DNA of 64,000 bases from an uncultured Actinomycetes bacterium (GTDB lineage Bacteria > Actinomycetota > UBA4738 > JBBDTT01): contig CAVUMN010000003.1 of the NCBI GenBank assembly GCA_963742735.1, positions 576,001-640,000 on the forward strand, written 5' to 3'. Of the stretch, positions 20,516 to 29,877 are shown one piece after another. Position numbers and translations under genes: made by a program. Position 1 is the first letter of the stretch. Each line of letters begins with the position of its first letter. The notes beneath the pieces are model-generated. The model did not search any database and was not told the origin of the DNA. It was given only the letters and a program-made list of their open reading frames with translations.

Positions 20516-22237
20516 GTGGCGAACCCCACCGACGACCGCGACGGCGAGGACCTGTTCGACGACCTCGACAAGTTCTTCGCGCCGATCGAGGAGACCGACT
20601 GGCCCGAGCCCGAGGCCGACGCCGCGGCCCCACGGGTTCCCCGGCGTTCCGCGACCCCCGACGCTCCCGCCGAGGACCTCTTCCCCGAGGGGTGGGACGA
20701 GATCGAGGGCCGGCCGGAGTCCGACGAGAGCCTCCTGGAGGCCGCGGCCTCACCGGCTCCCGAGGACACGTCGTCGTTCGAGTTCTCCGTCGACGAGCCG
20801 GAGCCGCCACCCCCGTCGGCGTCCTCCCGCGGCCGCTCGCGCCGCCCCGCCCCGCCCGAGCCGGAGCCGGTAGACCTGACCGATGACTGGACCGACACCT
20901 CCATCGGTGGCGAGGGCGAGGAGGAGGAGTCGTTCATCTTCGGGGCCGACGCCGAGCCCGAGGCGCCGTCCGTCGCCAGGCCGCCGCTGCCTCCGGAGGA
21001 GCTGGAGCCCGGCGAGCTGACGATCGACGATCTCAAGGTCGCGCCCCCCGAGTACGCCGAGCTCCCCGGACCCGGCTCCGACGAACCCGGCGGAGACTCG
21101 ATCTTCGGCGACGAGGACGAGCCGACCTTCGCGACCGCCGAGGTCCCCATCCCGCCGTCGCGTGGCGCGGAACCACCCGCGGGGGACCGAGGGCTCGCCG
21201 CGGCGTTCGAGGAACCCGCGGTCTCCGCCCCGGCGCGGGAGTCGGAGCCGCCGCCGGACGCACCGGCGCTCGCGACTCCCGCCATCGAGGACGAGCTCCT
21301 TGCCGGGCTCGACCAGTCCCCGTCCACCCCGCGGACCGTGAAGGTGGGGACGGACGAGCCCGTCATGGGGCACGGACCGGCGTGGGAGGACCCCAGCTCG
21401 CACGCGGTCGTGGGGGAGAGCGCTCCCACCCGTGGGGGACGCAACCTCTCCGCGGCGCTGATCTCAGGGGTGGGCCTCGGGGCCCTGGCCCTGATCCTGC
21501 TCGCGATCGGGCCGGCGCCGTTCGCGATCCTGGCCGCGGCGGTCCTCCTGGCCGCCCAGGCCGAGCTCTACGCCGTGGCTCACGGCCGTGGCTACCAGCC
21601 CGCCACCGCGCTCGGCCTGGTGGTCGGTGGGCTGATCCTGTACGCGTCCTACAACAAGGGCGAGGTCGCCATGGGCGCGATGCTCACGCTCGGCCTGATG
21701 CTCACCTTCTTCTGGTACATGGTGGTCCCGGCCAAGGCGCGCAAGGGGACGCTCGTGAACGCGTCGATCACCCTGCTCGGCATGGTGTACGTGCCGTTCT
21801 TCGCGGGGGTGATCTTCCAGCTGCTCCCGGTCAAGGGCGGACGCGCGGTGGTCATCTGGATCATCGGGCTGACCGTCATCTACGACGTCTTCGCCTTCAT
21901 CATCGGCTCGTTCTGGGGACGTCGTCCCCTCGCCGGCTCGATCAGCCCGAACAAGTCCTGGGAGGGCGCGATCGGCGCCAGCCTGGTCACGTTCTTCGTG
22001 GGACTGGCGTTCGGCCCACAGATCTCACCGCTCACCTTGGGGAGCTCGATCGGTCTCGCCATGGTGGTGCTGGTGATGGCCCCGCTCGGCGACCTCGCCG
22101 AGTCCGCACTGAAGCGCGACCTGGGGGTCAAGGACATGAGCACCATCATGCCCGGGCACGGTGGCCTCATGGACCGGATCGATTCGTTGCTGTTCGTCCT
22201 GCCGGCCGCGTTCTATTTCCTGCGGATGGTCCTCTAG
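20516..22237 (+). CDS. cdsA: Phosphatidate cytidylyltransferase with ~300-aa acidic N-terminal extension
   Basis: C-terminal ISPNKSWEG, GDLAESALKRDLGVKD and PGHGGLMDRIDS; position after frr. Confidence 0.93.
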   Translation: MANPTDDRDGEDLFDDLDKFFAPIEETDWPEPEADAAAPRVPRRSATPDAPAEDLFPEGWDEIEGRPESDESLLEAAASPAPEDTSSFEFSVDEPEPPPPSASSRGRSRRPAPPEPEPVDLTDDWTDTSIGGEGEEEESFIFGADAEPEAPSVARPPLPPEELEPGELTIDDLKVAPPEYAELPGPGSDEPGGDSIFGDEDEPTFATAEVPIPPSRGAEPPAGDRGLAAAFEEPAVSAPARESEPPPDAPALATPAIEDELLAGLDQSPSTPRTVKVGTDEPVMGHGPAWEDPSSHAVVGESAPTRGGRNLSAALISGVGLGALALILLAIGPAPFAILAAAVLLAAQAELYAVAHGRGYQPATALGLVVGGLILYASYNKGEVAMGAMLTLGLMLTFFWYMVVPAKARKGTLVNASITLLGMVYVPFFAGVIFQLLPVKGGRAVVIWIIGLTVIYDVFAFIIGSFWGRRPLAGSISPNKSWEGAIGASLVTFFVGLAFGPQISPLTLGSSIGLAMVVLVMAPLGDLAESALKRDLGVKDMSTIMPGHGGLMDRIDSLLFVLPAAFYFLRMVL

Positions 22238-22327
22238 GACCGGATTGCGCCCCGGCCGGCAAGACCGCATCGGGCGTTTGTGGCGCCATTCCATACTTTC
22301 AACCGCGAAGGGGGTACCCTCCTAGCG

Positions 22328-23491
22328 ATGCGGGATGTCGTCATTCTCGGCTCCACGGGATCCATCGGGACCCAGGCCCTCGACGTCGTTCGCCGCAACC
22401 CCGAGCGGTTCAGGGTGGTCGGCCTGGCGGCCGGATCCAACCACGAGCTGCTCGTCGGGCAGATCCGTGAGTTCCTGCCGCCCGTAGTCGCGCTCGGGGA
22501 TGCGTCCGCCGTCGACGACCTCCGCGAGCACCTGAAGGGCATCCGCGAGACCGAGATCATCGCGGGCCCGGATGCGGCGGAGCGGCTGGCGCGCGACACC
22601 GACGCCGACCTGGTCCTGAACGCGATGGTGGGCGCGATCGGGCTCGCTCCGACCCTCGCCGCGCTTCAGACCGGCAAGTCCGTGGCCCTGGCCAACAAGG
22701 AGTCACTGATCGTCGGCGGCGAGCTGGTGATGGACCTGGTGAAGGGCGAGCCCGAGCGGCTGATCCCGGTCGACTCCGAGCACGCCGCACTCGCCCAGTG
22801 CCTGCGGGGCGAGCGGCGCGAGGACCTGCAGCGCGTGGTGATCACCGCGAGCGGCGGCCCCTTCCGCGGCTGGACGCGCGAGGACCTCGCCCGTGCCTCG
22901 GTCAAGGAAGCGCTGGCGCACCCCACGTGGAACATGGGTCCGAAGATCACGGTGGATTCGGCGACCCTCATGAACAAGGGCCTCGAGGTCATCGAGGCCC
23001 ACTACCTGTTCGGCCTCGACTACGCGGAGATCGACGTGGTCGTGCACCCCGAGTCGATCGTCCACGGCCTGGCCGAGTTCCGCGACGGCAGCGTGATCGC
23101 ACAGCTGGCCGACCCGGACATGCGCCTGCCCATCCAGCTCGCCCTCACCTATCCGGACCGGATGCGGTCGGGGATCACGCCGCTCGACCTGGTCTCGATC
23201 GGCCGGCTGACCTTCGAGCAGGTGGACCGGGAGGCGTTCCCGGCGCTCGACCTGGCCTACCGGGCCGGCCGGGCCGGCTTCACCTTTCCCGCCGCCCTCA
23301 ACGCCGCCAACGAGGTCGCCGTCCACGCCTTCCTCGACGGACGCCTGCGCCTGATCGACATCGCCGACGTGGTGGAGCGCATCCTCGACGAGCACGAGGC
23401 GCCGCCCGTCGTGTCGGCGGTGTCCCTCGAGCGCGCCGACGCGTGGGCACGCGGGCGGGCCGCGCAGATCGTCGAGGAGCGGGCCTCCTAG
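22328..23491 (+). CDS. dxr: 1-deoxy-D-xylulose 5-phosphate reductoisomerase
   Basis: LGSTGSIGTQ, LANKESL, PVDSEH, TASGGPF, HPTWNMGPKIT and NAANE; ATG 22328. Confidence 0.98.
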   Translation: MRDVVILGSTGSIGTQALDVVRRNPERFRVVGLAAGSNHELLVGQIREFLPPVVALGDASAVDDLREHLKGIRETEIIAGPDAAERLARDTDADLVLNAMVGAIGLAPTLAALQTGKSVALANKESLIVGGELVMDLVKGEPERLIPVDSEHAALAQCLRGERREDLQRVVITASGGPFRGWTREDLARASVKEALAHPTWNMGPKITVDSATLMNKGLEVIEAHYLFGLDYAEIDVVVHPESIVHGLAEFRDGSVIAQLADPDMRLPIQLALTYPDRMRSGITPLDLVSIGRLTFEQVDREAFPALDLAYRAGRAGFTFPAALNAANEVAVHAFLDGRLRLIDIADVVERILDEHEAPPVVSAVSLERADAWARGRAAQIVEERAS

Positions 23492-23518
23492 TCCGCCGCG
23501 CCCACTAGGCTACGTCGC

Positions 23519-24721
23519 ATGCCGGTCGCCATCGGAACCATCCTGTTCATCGATCTCCTGCTGCTGTTCGTGAAGACCGGCAACCCGGCGGTGGCCGGTG
23601 TCATGAGCTTCATCGCGGTGATCCTGGCCGTGATCGTCCTCCACGAGTTCGGCCACTTCATCACGGCGAAGGCGTTCGGGATCAAGGTCACGGAGTTCTT
23701 CGTCGGCTTCGGCCCCCGGGTGTGGTCGGTGCGCCGGGGCGAGACCGAGTACGGGATCAAGGCCATCCCCGCGGGAGGCTACGTCCGCATCGCGGGGATG
23801 AACCCGTTCACCGAGGAGCCGGTCGAGGACCAACCGAGGACGTTCGGCGCGAAGCCCCCCTGGCAGCGCTTCATCGTCCTGGTCTCCGGCGCGGCGACCC
23901 ACTTCATCCTCGCGTTCGTGATGCTGGTGGTGTTCTTCGGCTTCATCGGACTGCCCCGGTACTCGCCGGCGGTCGCCGGCGTCGAGCAGCGACTCAACGG
24001 GTACCCGTCGCCGGCCGCCAGAGCGGGGCTCCTCCCGGGAGACGAGATCGTCGCCCTCGACGGGCGCCGGGACGTCTCGGCCGAGGAGTTCATCGCCTAC
24101 ACCCGGGCGCACGTCGGCCGGCCCATCCAGCTCGTGGTCCGGCGCAACGACCGCGAGGTGCCCATCACGGTCACGCCCGTCCTCTCCGAGATCGGGGGAG
24201 AGTCGTTCGGCCGGCTGGGCATCATCGTCGGCGGGGCGAGCTTCCTCGGCCGGGAACCGATCGGCCTCGGGAAGGGCATCACCGAGGGCGCGTCGGAGGT
24301 GGGCCGGCTCACCGGGCAGACGGTGGTCCGCCTCGGGGATGTCTTCGGCCCTCGCGGGATCAAGCGGCTCTTCCAGCTGCTCACCGGCCAGGAGGAACGC
24401 ACCCTGGACGACCCCGTCGGCCTGGTGGGCGCGGGTCGTCTCGCGGCGCAGGCCGTGGAGTCCGGCCGCCTCGACGCCTTCTTCGGCCTGTTCATCGGCT
24501 TCAACATCTTCGTGGGGTTCCTCAACCTGCTGCCGTTGCCACCGCTCGACGGAGGGCACGTGCTGCTGCTCGGGATCGAGAAGCTCCGCGGCGGCCGCGC
24601 CGTCGACCTGCGCCGGGTGATCCCCGTCATGGCGGTCGTGGCCGGGTTCCTGATCATCTACACGGTGCTGCTGCTCTACGTGGACATCCGCAACCCGATC
24701 CCGAACCCGTTCTCCCCATAG
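23519..24721 (+). CDS. rseP: Site-2 intramembrane metalloprotease (RseP/Rip1, M50) with PDZ
   Basis: HEFGH, EFFVGFGP, GGYVRI, a PDZ segment (AGLLPGDEIVALDG) and NLLPLPPLDGG. Confidence 0.95.
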   Translation: MPVAIGTILFIDLLLLFVKTGNPAVAGVMSFIAVILAVIVLHEFGHFITAKAFGIKVTEFFVGFGPRVWSVRRGETEYGIKAIPAGGYVRIAGMNPFTEEPVEDQPRTFGAKPPWQRFIVLVSGAATHFILAFVMLVVFFGFIGLPRYSPAVAGVEQRLNGYPSPAARAGLLPGDEIVALDGRRDVSAEEFIAYTRAHVGRPIQLVVRRNDREVPITVTPVLSEIGGESFGRLGIIVGGASFLGREPIGLGKGITEGASEVGRLTGQTVVRLGDVFGPRGIKRLFQLLTGQEERTLDDPVGLVGAGRLAAQAVESGRLDAFFGLFIGFNIFVGFLNLLPLPPLDGGHVLLLGIEKLRGGRAVDLRRVIPVMAVVAGFLIIYTVLLLYVDIRNPIPNPFSP

Positions 24722-24777
24722 AACCTTCACACGCGGGCGAGGCCCCCTTCGGGGCCCGCCTCTAGACTGGGTTGGAG

Positions 24778-25869
24778 ATGACGATCGAGCGCCGCAAGTC
24801 CCGTTCGGTGTTCGTCGGCGACGTCGAGGTCGGCGGCGACGCGCCCATTCGCGTCCAGTCGATGACCACCACGAAGACCGCCGACATCAACGCGACCTTG
24901 CAGCAGATCGCCTCGCTCGTCGCCACCGGGTGCGAGATCGTCCGCGTCGCGGTCCCGCACTGGGAGGACGCGAAGGCGCTGGAGGCCATCGCCGCGAAGT
25001 CGACGATCCCGGTGATCGCCGACATCCACTTCCAGTGGAAGTACGCGATGGCCGCCCTCGAGGCGGGCATCCAGGGCCTGCGGATCAACCCCGGGAACAT
25101 CAAGTACCAGGACAAGGTGCGGCTGATCGCCCGCGAGGCGAAGGCCCGCGAGGTGCCGATCCGGATCGGGGTGAACGCCGGCTCGCTCGAGAAGGAGCTG
25201 CTCGACAAGTACGGCGTCCCCACGCCGGAGGCCCTGGTCGAGTCCGCGCTGAACGAGGCCCGGATCCTCGAGGATGAGGACTTCACCGACATCAAGATCT
25301 CGGTGAAGCACTCGAACGCGCGCGTGATGATCGAGGCCTACCGGATGCTCGCCGAGGCGTGCGACTACCCGCTGCATCTCGGCGTGACCGAGGCCGGTCC
25401 GATGCCGATCGGCGGCGTGAAGTCCGCCGTGGGGATCGGGACGCTGCTGGCGGAGGGGATCGGCGACACCATCCGCGTCTCCCTGACCGACGATCCGGTC
25501 GAGGAGGTCAAGGTCGGCAACGCCATCCTTCAGTCGCTCGGGCTGAAGGTGCGCGGGCTGGATCTGGTGGCCTGCCCGTCGTGCGGGCGAGCCGAGGTGG
25601 ACGTCCTTGGCCTGACGAAGCAGGTCAACGAGGCGCTGGAGGCGGCCAAGCTCGAGGCGCCGATCCGCGTGGCGGTGATGGGCTGTGTGGTCAACGGGCC
25701 CGGGGAGGCCCGCGAAGCAGACCTGGGCATCGCCGCCGGCAAGGGGTTCGGCCACCTGATCGTCCGGGGCGAGGTCAAGGGCAAGGTCCCCGAGGACAAG
25801 TTCGTCGAGGTCCTGGTGGCGGAGGCGAAGAAGATGGCCGCCGAGCTCGCCGCCGCCCCGGCGGACTGA
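24778..25869 (+). CDS. ispG: (E)-4-hydroxy-3-methylbut-2-enyl-diphosphate synthase
   Basis: [36 protein letters not shown] and [10 protein letters not shown]. Confidence 0.98.
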   Translation: MTIERRKSRSVFVGDVEVGGDAPIRVQSMTTTKTADINATLQQIASLVATGCEIVRVAVPHWEDAKALEAIAAKSTIPVIADIHFQWKYAMAALEAGIQGLRINPGNIKYQDKVRLIAREAKAREVPIRIGVNAGSLEKELLDKYGVPTPEALVESALNEARILEDEDFTDIKISVKHSNARVMIEAYRMLAEACDYPLHLGVTEAGPMPIGGVKSAVGIGTLLAEGIGDTIRVSLTDDPVEEVKVGNAILQSLGLKVRGLDLVACPSCGRAEVDVLGLTKQVNEALEAAKLEAPIRVAVMGCVVNGPGEAREADLGIAAGKGFGHLIVRGEVKGKVPEDKFVEVLVAEAKKMAAELAAAPAD

Positions 25870-25876
25870 CCTCGGC

Positions 25877-27301
25877 TCAATAGGCCCGCGCCCAGGCGGC
25901 CTCCTCGGCCGCCGGCTCACCGTCCACGATGCACGCGCCGCCGACCTCGATCGGATCGACGGGCAGGTAGCGGATCGTGGCCTTCGTCTCGGCCTTGACC
26001 CGGGCCTCGCATTCCGGCTTCCCGCACCATCCGCCCACCGCGAACCCCCCCGAGGCCTCGAGGAACGCCCGCATCTCCGCGTAGTCCTTCGGCCGCAGCG
26101 TGTGCTCGTCGGTGAACGCCACCGCCTGCCCGTACAGGTTGTCCTGGATGGTGTCCATCAGCCCTCGAACGTGCTCCGCCACCGATGCCAGCGGCAGCGG
26201 TGCCTTCGCCAGCGTGTCCCGGCGGGCCACGGTGGCCTGCCCGGCGTCGAGGTCCCGGGGGCCGAGCTCCACCCGGACCGGCACCCCCTTCTGCTCCCAC
26301 TCGTTGAACTTGTAGCCGGGCCGGTACTCCTCGCGGTCGTCGACCTTCACGCGAAGGCCGGCGAGGTCGGCCACGAGCTTCTCGGCCGCCTCGACGGTCC
26401 GGGCCCGCTCGTCGTCGCTCTTGTAGATCGGCACGATCACGGCCTGGTACGGCGCGAGCGCCGGGGGCAGGCGGAGGCCCTGGTCGTCGCCGTGGGCCAT
26501 GATCAGCGCCCCGACGAGCCGGGTGGTGGCCCCCCACGACGTGGCGTACGCGTACTCGAGGTCGCCGTCGCGGCCCTGGAACTGCACGCCGTACGCCTTC
26601 GCGAAGTTCTGCCCGAGGTAGTGCGACGTCCCGGCCTGGAGCGCCTTGCCGTCGCGCATCAGCGCCTCGCACGTGAAGGTCTCGACGGCCCCGGGGAACC
26701 GCTCGGCCTCGGTCTTGCGACCGGGCCGGATGGACAGCCCGATCACCCGCTCCATGACGTCGCGGTACACCTCGCTGAGGATCATCCGCGACTCGGCCAT
26801 GGCTTCCTCGGCCGTCTCGTGCGCGGTGTGGCCCTCCTGCCAGTAGAACTCGGTCGTGCGCAGGAACAGTCGCGGCCGGAGCTCCCAGCGAACCACGTTG
26901 CACCACTGGTTGTAGAGCAGCGGCAGGTCCCGGTAGGACTGGACCCACCTGGAGTACGTGTCCCAGATGATGGTCTCCGAGGTCGGCCGGACGACCAGCG
27001 GCTCCTCGAGCTTCTCGCCGCCCGCGTGGGTCACCACCGCGATCTCGGGCGCGAAGCCCTCGATGTGCTCCGCCTCCCGCTCGATCAGCCGGTAGGGGAT
27101 GAACAGCGGGAACTGAAGGTTCTGATGCCCGGTGGCCTTGATGCGCTCGTCGAACGCGGCCTGGATCCGCTCCCAGATGGCCCACCCGTAGGGCTTGACG
27201 ACCATCGTCCCGCGGGCCAGGGAGTTCTCGGCCAGGTCGGCCTGCTTCACGACCTCCTGATACCAGGCCGGAAAGTCCTCGGACTGCTTGGGAAGCGCCA
27301 T
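25877..27301 (-). CDS. proS: Proline-tRNA ligase, archaeal/eukaryote-like type
   Basis: RPTSET, QWCNVVRWE, LFLRTTEFYWQEGHT, LQAGTSHYLGQNF, C-terminal KATIR...ARAY; no INS editing domain. Confidence 0.96.
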   Translation of the reverse strand: MALPKQSEDFPAWYQEVVKQADLAENSLARGTMVVKPYGWAIWERIQAAFDERIKATGHQNLQFPLFIPYRLIEREAEHIEGFAPEIAVVTHAGGEKLEEPLVVRPTSETIIWDTYSRWVQSYRDLPLLYNQWCNVVRWELRPRLFLRTTEFYWQEGHTAHETAEEAMAESRMILSEVYRDVMERVIGLSIRPGRKTEAERFPGAVETFTCEALMRDGKALQAGTSHYLGQNFAKAYGVQFQGRDGDLEYAYATSWGATTRLVGALIMAHGDDQGLRLPPALAPYQAVIVPIYKSDDERARTVEAAEKLVADLAGLRVKVDDREEYRPGYKFNEWEQKGVPVRVELGPRDLDAGQATVARRDTLAKAPLPLASVAEHVRGLMDTIQDNLYGQAVAFTDEHTLRPKDYAEMRAFLEASGGFAVGGWCGKPECEARVKAETKATIRYLPVDPIEVGGACIVDGEPAAEEAAWARAY

Positions 27302-27351
27302 GGCCGGCTAGGTTAGCAACCGGACCGACCGCCCACTGTCGCGCCGTCGCG

Positions 27352-28488
27352 TCAGGGCGGCGAACGATCCTCGAGCCGGACCCCGTACGGCGTGCTGAAC
27401 ACGGGGCGTCCGCGGACGAGACGAAGCCGGAACCCGTCCTCGTGCACCGCCCGGTGATGGCGCCAGCAGACGAGCAGCAGGTTCTCGAGCGAGGTGCCGC
27501 CGCCGTCGGCCCAGTGGACGACGTGGTGGATCTCGCTCCAGGCGGGAGGGCGGTCGCACCCCGGAAACCGGCAATGACGATCTCGAGCCTCGACCGCCCG
27601 GCGCAGCGCGGCCGGGATGACCCGGGTCTTGCGCCCCACGTCGAGGGGTTCCGAGTCGGCCGACATGATCATCCGGACCAGGGACGCGTCGCACGACACC
27701 CGCCGGGCGGTCTCCGCGAGGATCGGGCCCGCGTCGGGGAGGTCGGCGGTTCCCACGCCTCGGGCGAGCGTCTTCGCGTCCACGATCACCGAGACCACCG
27801 GCCGTTCCCCGCCCACGCTGGGACGGTCCCGCCGGGACAGGAACCCCCGGCATAGCTGGCCGAGGGCGTCGGCCCGTCGCTGGGCATGGGTGCGTCGGTC
27901 GCCCCGGACGGCGTCCGCGTCCACCAGCGCGCGGATGGTCGTGATCATGATCTGGCCGTCCTCGGTGTCGAGCATCCCCTCGACGCGGACCATCCCTTCG
28001 AGGGTTCTCCCGTAGTCGAGGCGACGCGCCTCGTGGCGCCGCATCGCGGACTCTTGGGGGTCCTCGACGCGATGCCTCCACAGCTCGACCCGGTTGCGAA
28101 ACGCCTTCTGAGACAGGCCCGTGGCCGCCTCCACGAGGGCTTCCTCCACCCCGGAGAACGCCTCCGGGGAGATCTTTCGCGCGTCCACCAGGGTGCGCAG
28201 CGCCGAGGAGGGCAGGGCGCCCGAGGCCATCGCCTCCCGCGCGGCGGGCATCTCCTGCAGCGCCCGGGCCGCCTCGATGTCGCGCCGAGCTTCCCAGAAG
28301 GGGAGCCGGTGCCGATCCGCCAGCCACGCCTCACACGTGGTGGCCCCGACCGAAGCCCACGCCTTGCTCGCATCCACCTCCGCCAGGAGCCGGAGGCGGC
28401 GGGCGGACAGGGCCACCCACTCCCGGTGAACCTCGTCGAACTCGTCCACCGCGGACGGCCGAAGCTCGGAAACGCCTGACTCGAACAT
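27352..28488 (-). CDS. DUF222 (13E12-repeat) protein with C-terminal HNH endonuclease
   Basis: AQRRADAL, RRVSCDA, RDRHCRFPGC, EIHHVVHWADGGGTSLENLLLVCWRHH; starts MFES at ATG 28488. Confidence 0.92.
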   Translation of the reverse strand: MFESGVSELRPSAVDEFDEVHREWVALSARRLRLLAEVDASKAWASVGATTCEAWLADRHRLPFWEARRDIEAARALQEMPAAREAMASGALPSSALRTLVDARKISPEAFSGVEEALVEAATGLSQKAFRNRVELWRHRVEDPQESAMRRHEARRLDYGRTLEGMVRVEGMLDTEDGQIMITTIRALVDADAVRGDRRTHAQRRADALGQLCRGFLSRRDRPSVGGERPVVSVIVDAKTLARGVGTADLPDAGPILAETARRVSCDASLVRMIMSADSEPLDVGRKTRVIPAALRRAVEARDRHCRFPGCDRPPAWSEIHHVVHWADGGGTSLENLLLVCWRHHRAVHEDGFRLRLVRGRPVFSTPYGVRLEDRSPP

Positions 28489-28496
28489 GTGTTCGA
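28481..28496. promoter_or_regulatory. LexA SOS box TCGAAC-ATGT-GTTCGA overlapping the HNH start codon
   Basis: Exact match to the actinobacterial TCGAAC-N4-GTTCGA palindrome. Confidence 0.88.
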
Positions 28497-28518
28497 AGGC
28501 TAGCAGCACCCACTGACA
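28497..28518 (-). promoter_or_regulatory. RecA-NDp/PafBC-type promoter TGTCAGTG-N8-TAGCCT for the DUF222-HNH gene
   Basis: Minus strand reads TGTCAGTG GGTGCTGC TAGCCT TCGAACAC ATG. Confidence 0.78.
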
Positions 28519-28565
28519 CGCCACGGCCTTGCGCGGGCACGCCCGACCCTGAAACGCTACCGGCG

Positions 28566-29447
28566 ATGGCCAAGCTCGCCGGCTGGCGGAAGATCGCCTC
28601 CGCCATGTGGGGCCCGCCCGACGACCCGCAGGTCTACGGCATGCTCGAGTTCGACGCGACGCCGATGCGCGCGTACATGGAGCGCGCCCGGAAAGCGGGG
28701 GTCAAGGTCACCCCAACGCACTTCGTGGGACGCGCCCTGGCGGTCGCGCTGCACGAGGTCCCCGACTTCAACGTCCGGGTCGTCGGCAGCAAGGTCATCC
28801 CCCGCGACACGGTCGACGTCTTCTTCATCGCCGCCGTCGAGGGCGGCCGCGAGCTCTCGGGCGTCAAGGTCGAGCGGACCGACGACAAATCGGTGCTGGA
28901 GGTGGCCAGGGAGCTCTCGGATCGCGCCGGGCGCATGAAGCAGGGCGACGACCCGGACTTCGCCAAGACGAAGAAGAACATCGCCGGGATGCCGCGGCGC
29001 CTGCTCCGGCCGAGCATGAAGCTGTCCGCCTACATCGCCGGCGACAAGAACCGCGGGATCAAGGCCCTGGGGGTCAAGGCCAGCCCGTTCGGCAGCGCGA
29101 TGGTCACCAGTATCGGCATGTTCGGCATCCCGCAGGGCTTCGCGCCGCTGGCCCGGTTCTACCGAGTGCCCCTGCTCGTCCTGGTGGGAGAGATCACCGA
29201 CAGGCCCGTGGTCGTCGACGGCCGGGTCGAGGTGCGCCCGATGCTGCCGCTGACGGCCACGATCGACCACCGCTACGCCGACGGCTGGCACATCTCGCAG
29301 CTGCTGCGGCCGTTCAAGGCGTACCTGGCCGACCCCGCTCAGTTCGAGCCCGCACCGCGAGCCGAGGCCGGCACCGCAAGGCGACGCGCGATCCGGAAGC
29401 CCGCGGCGAAACGGGGCGCGAAGCGCGCGCCGGTCCCGACCCGGTAA
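28566..29447 (+). CDS. Stand-alone 2-oxoacid dehydrogenase E2-like acyltransferase catalytic domain
   Basis: GSAMVTSIGMFGI, PVVVDGRVEVRPMLPLTATIDHRYADG (HxxxDG); no lipoyl domain. Confidence 0.88.
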   Translation: MAKLAGWRKIASAMWGPPDDPQVYGMLEFDATPMRAYMERARKAGVKVTPTHFVGRALAVALHEVPDFNVRVVGSKVIPRDTVDVFFIAAVEGGRELSGVKVERTDDKSVLEVARELSDRAGRMKQGDDPDFAKTKKNIAGMPRRLLRPSMKLSAYIAGDKNRGIKALGVKASPFGSAMVTSIGMFGIPQGFAPLARFYRVPLLVLVGEITDRPVVVDGRVEVRPMLPLTATIDHRYADGWHISQLLRPFKAYLADPAQFEPAPRAEAGTARRRAIRKPAAKRGAKRAPVPTR

Positions 29448-29459
29448 GCTCCCCGCCCG

Positions 29460-29738
29460 ATGGCCTCCAAGGTCCCCAACGACCTCATCGAGTTCACCAA
29501 GATCCGCGACGCGGTCGAGTCCGTGCTCCAGCGGATCGGCCGGGACACGTTCGATCTGGTACTCGTCGACCCCGATGGGAACTGGACGCGGGGCGTGTTC
29601 GCGTCGGAGGAGGCCGCGCGGGCCGCGGCCGAGTTCCTGGAGGTCCCGGTGCACGACGGCTGGGACGAGCGCATGTCCCAGCGCATGAACCGCCGGGACC
29701 ATTGGGGCGAACCGGGCGGCCAGAAGCGCGCCATCTAG
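29460..29738 (+). CDS. Hypothetical 92-aa protein
   Basis: Host-like codon usage and natural amino-acid composition; TAAGCT -10 ends 9 nt upstream. Confidence 0.75.
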   Translation: MASKVPNDLIEFTKIRDAVESVLQRIGRDTFDLVLVDPDGNWTRGVFASEEAARAAAEFLEVPVHDGWDERMSQRMNRRDHWGEPGGQKRAI

Positions 29739-29818
29739 CCCGGCCGGCCCCTCCCAGCGCGCTCGTGAAGTCGTGAAACGGCGTGTATACTTGCCATAGC
29801 TGAACAGGTGTTTCACCT

Positions 29819-29847
29819 GAACGTGGGCGCGCGCCCGCGTTCTTTTT
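29819..29847 (+). terminator. rimP leader terminator-like hairpin (attenuator)
   Basis: GAACGTGGGCG/CGCCCGCGTTC followed by TTTTT. Lies downstream of a TATACT -10 at 29786-29791 and resembles the GTGGG..CCCAC-U-tract usual before rimP. Confidence 0.7.
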
Positions 29848-29877
29848 ACGAGAGCAGAAGTTCTACAGGGGCCGGAA

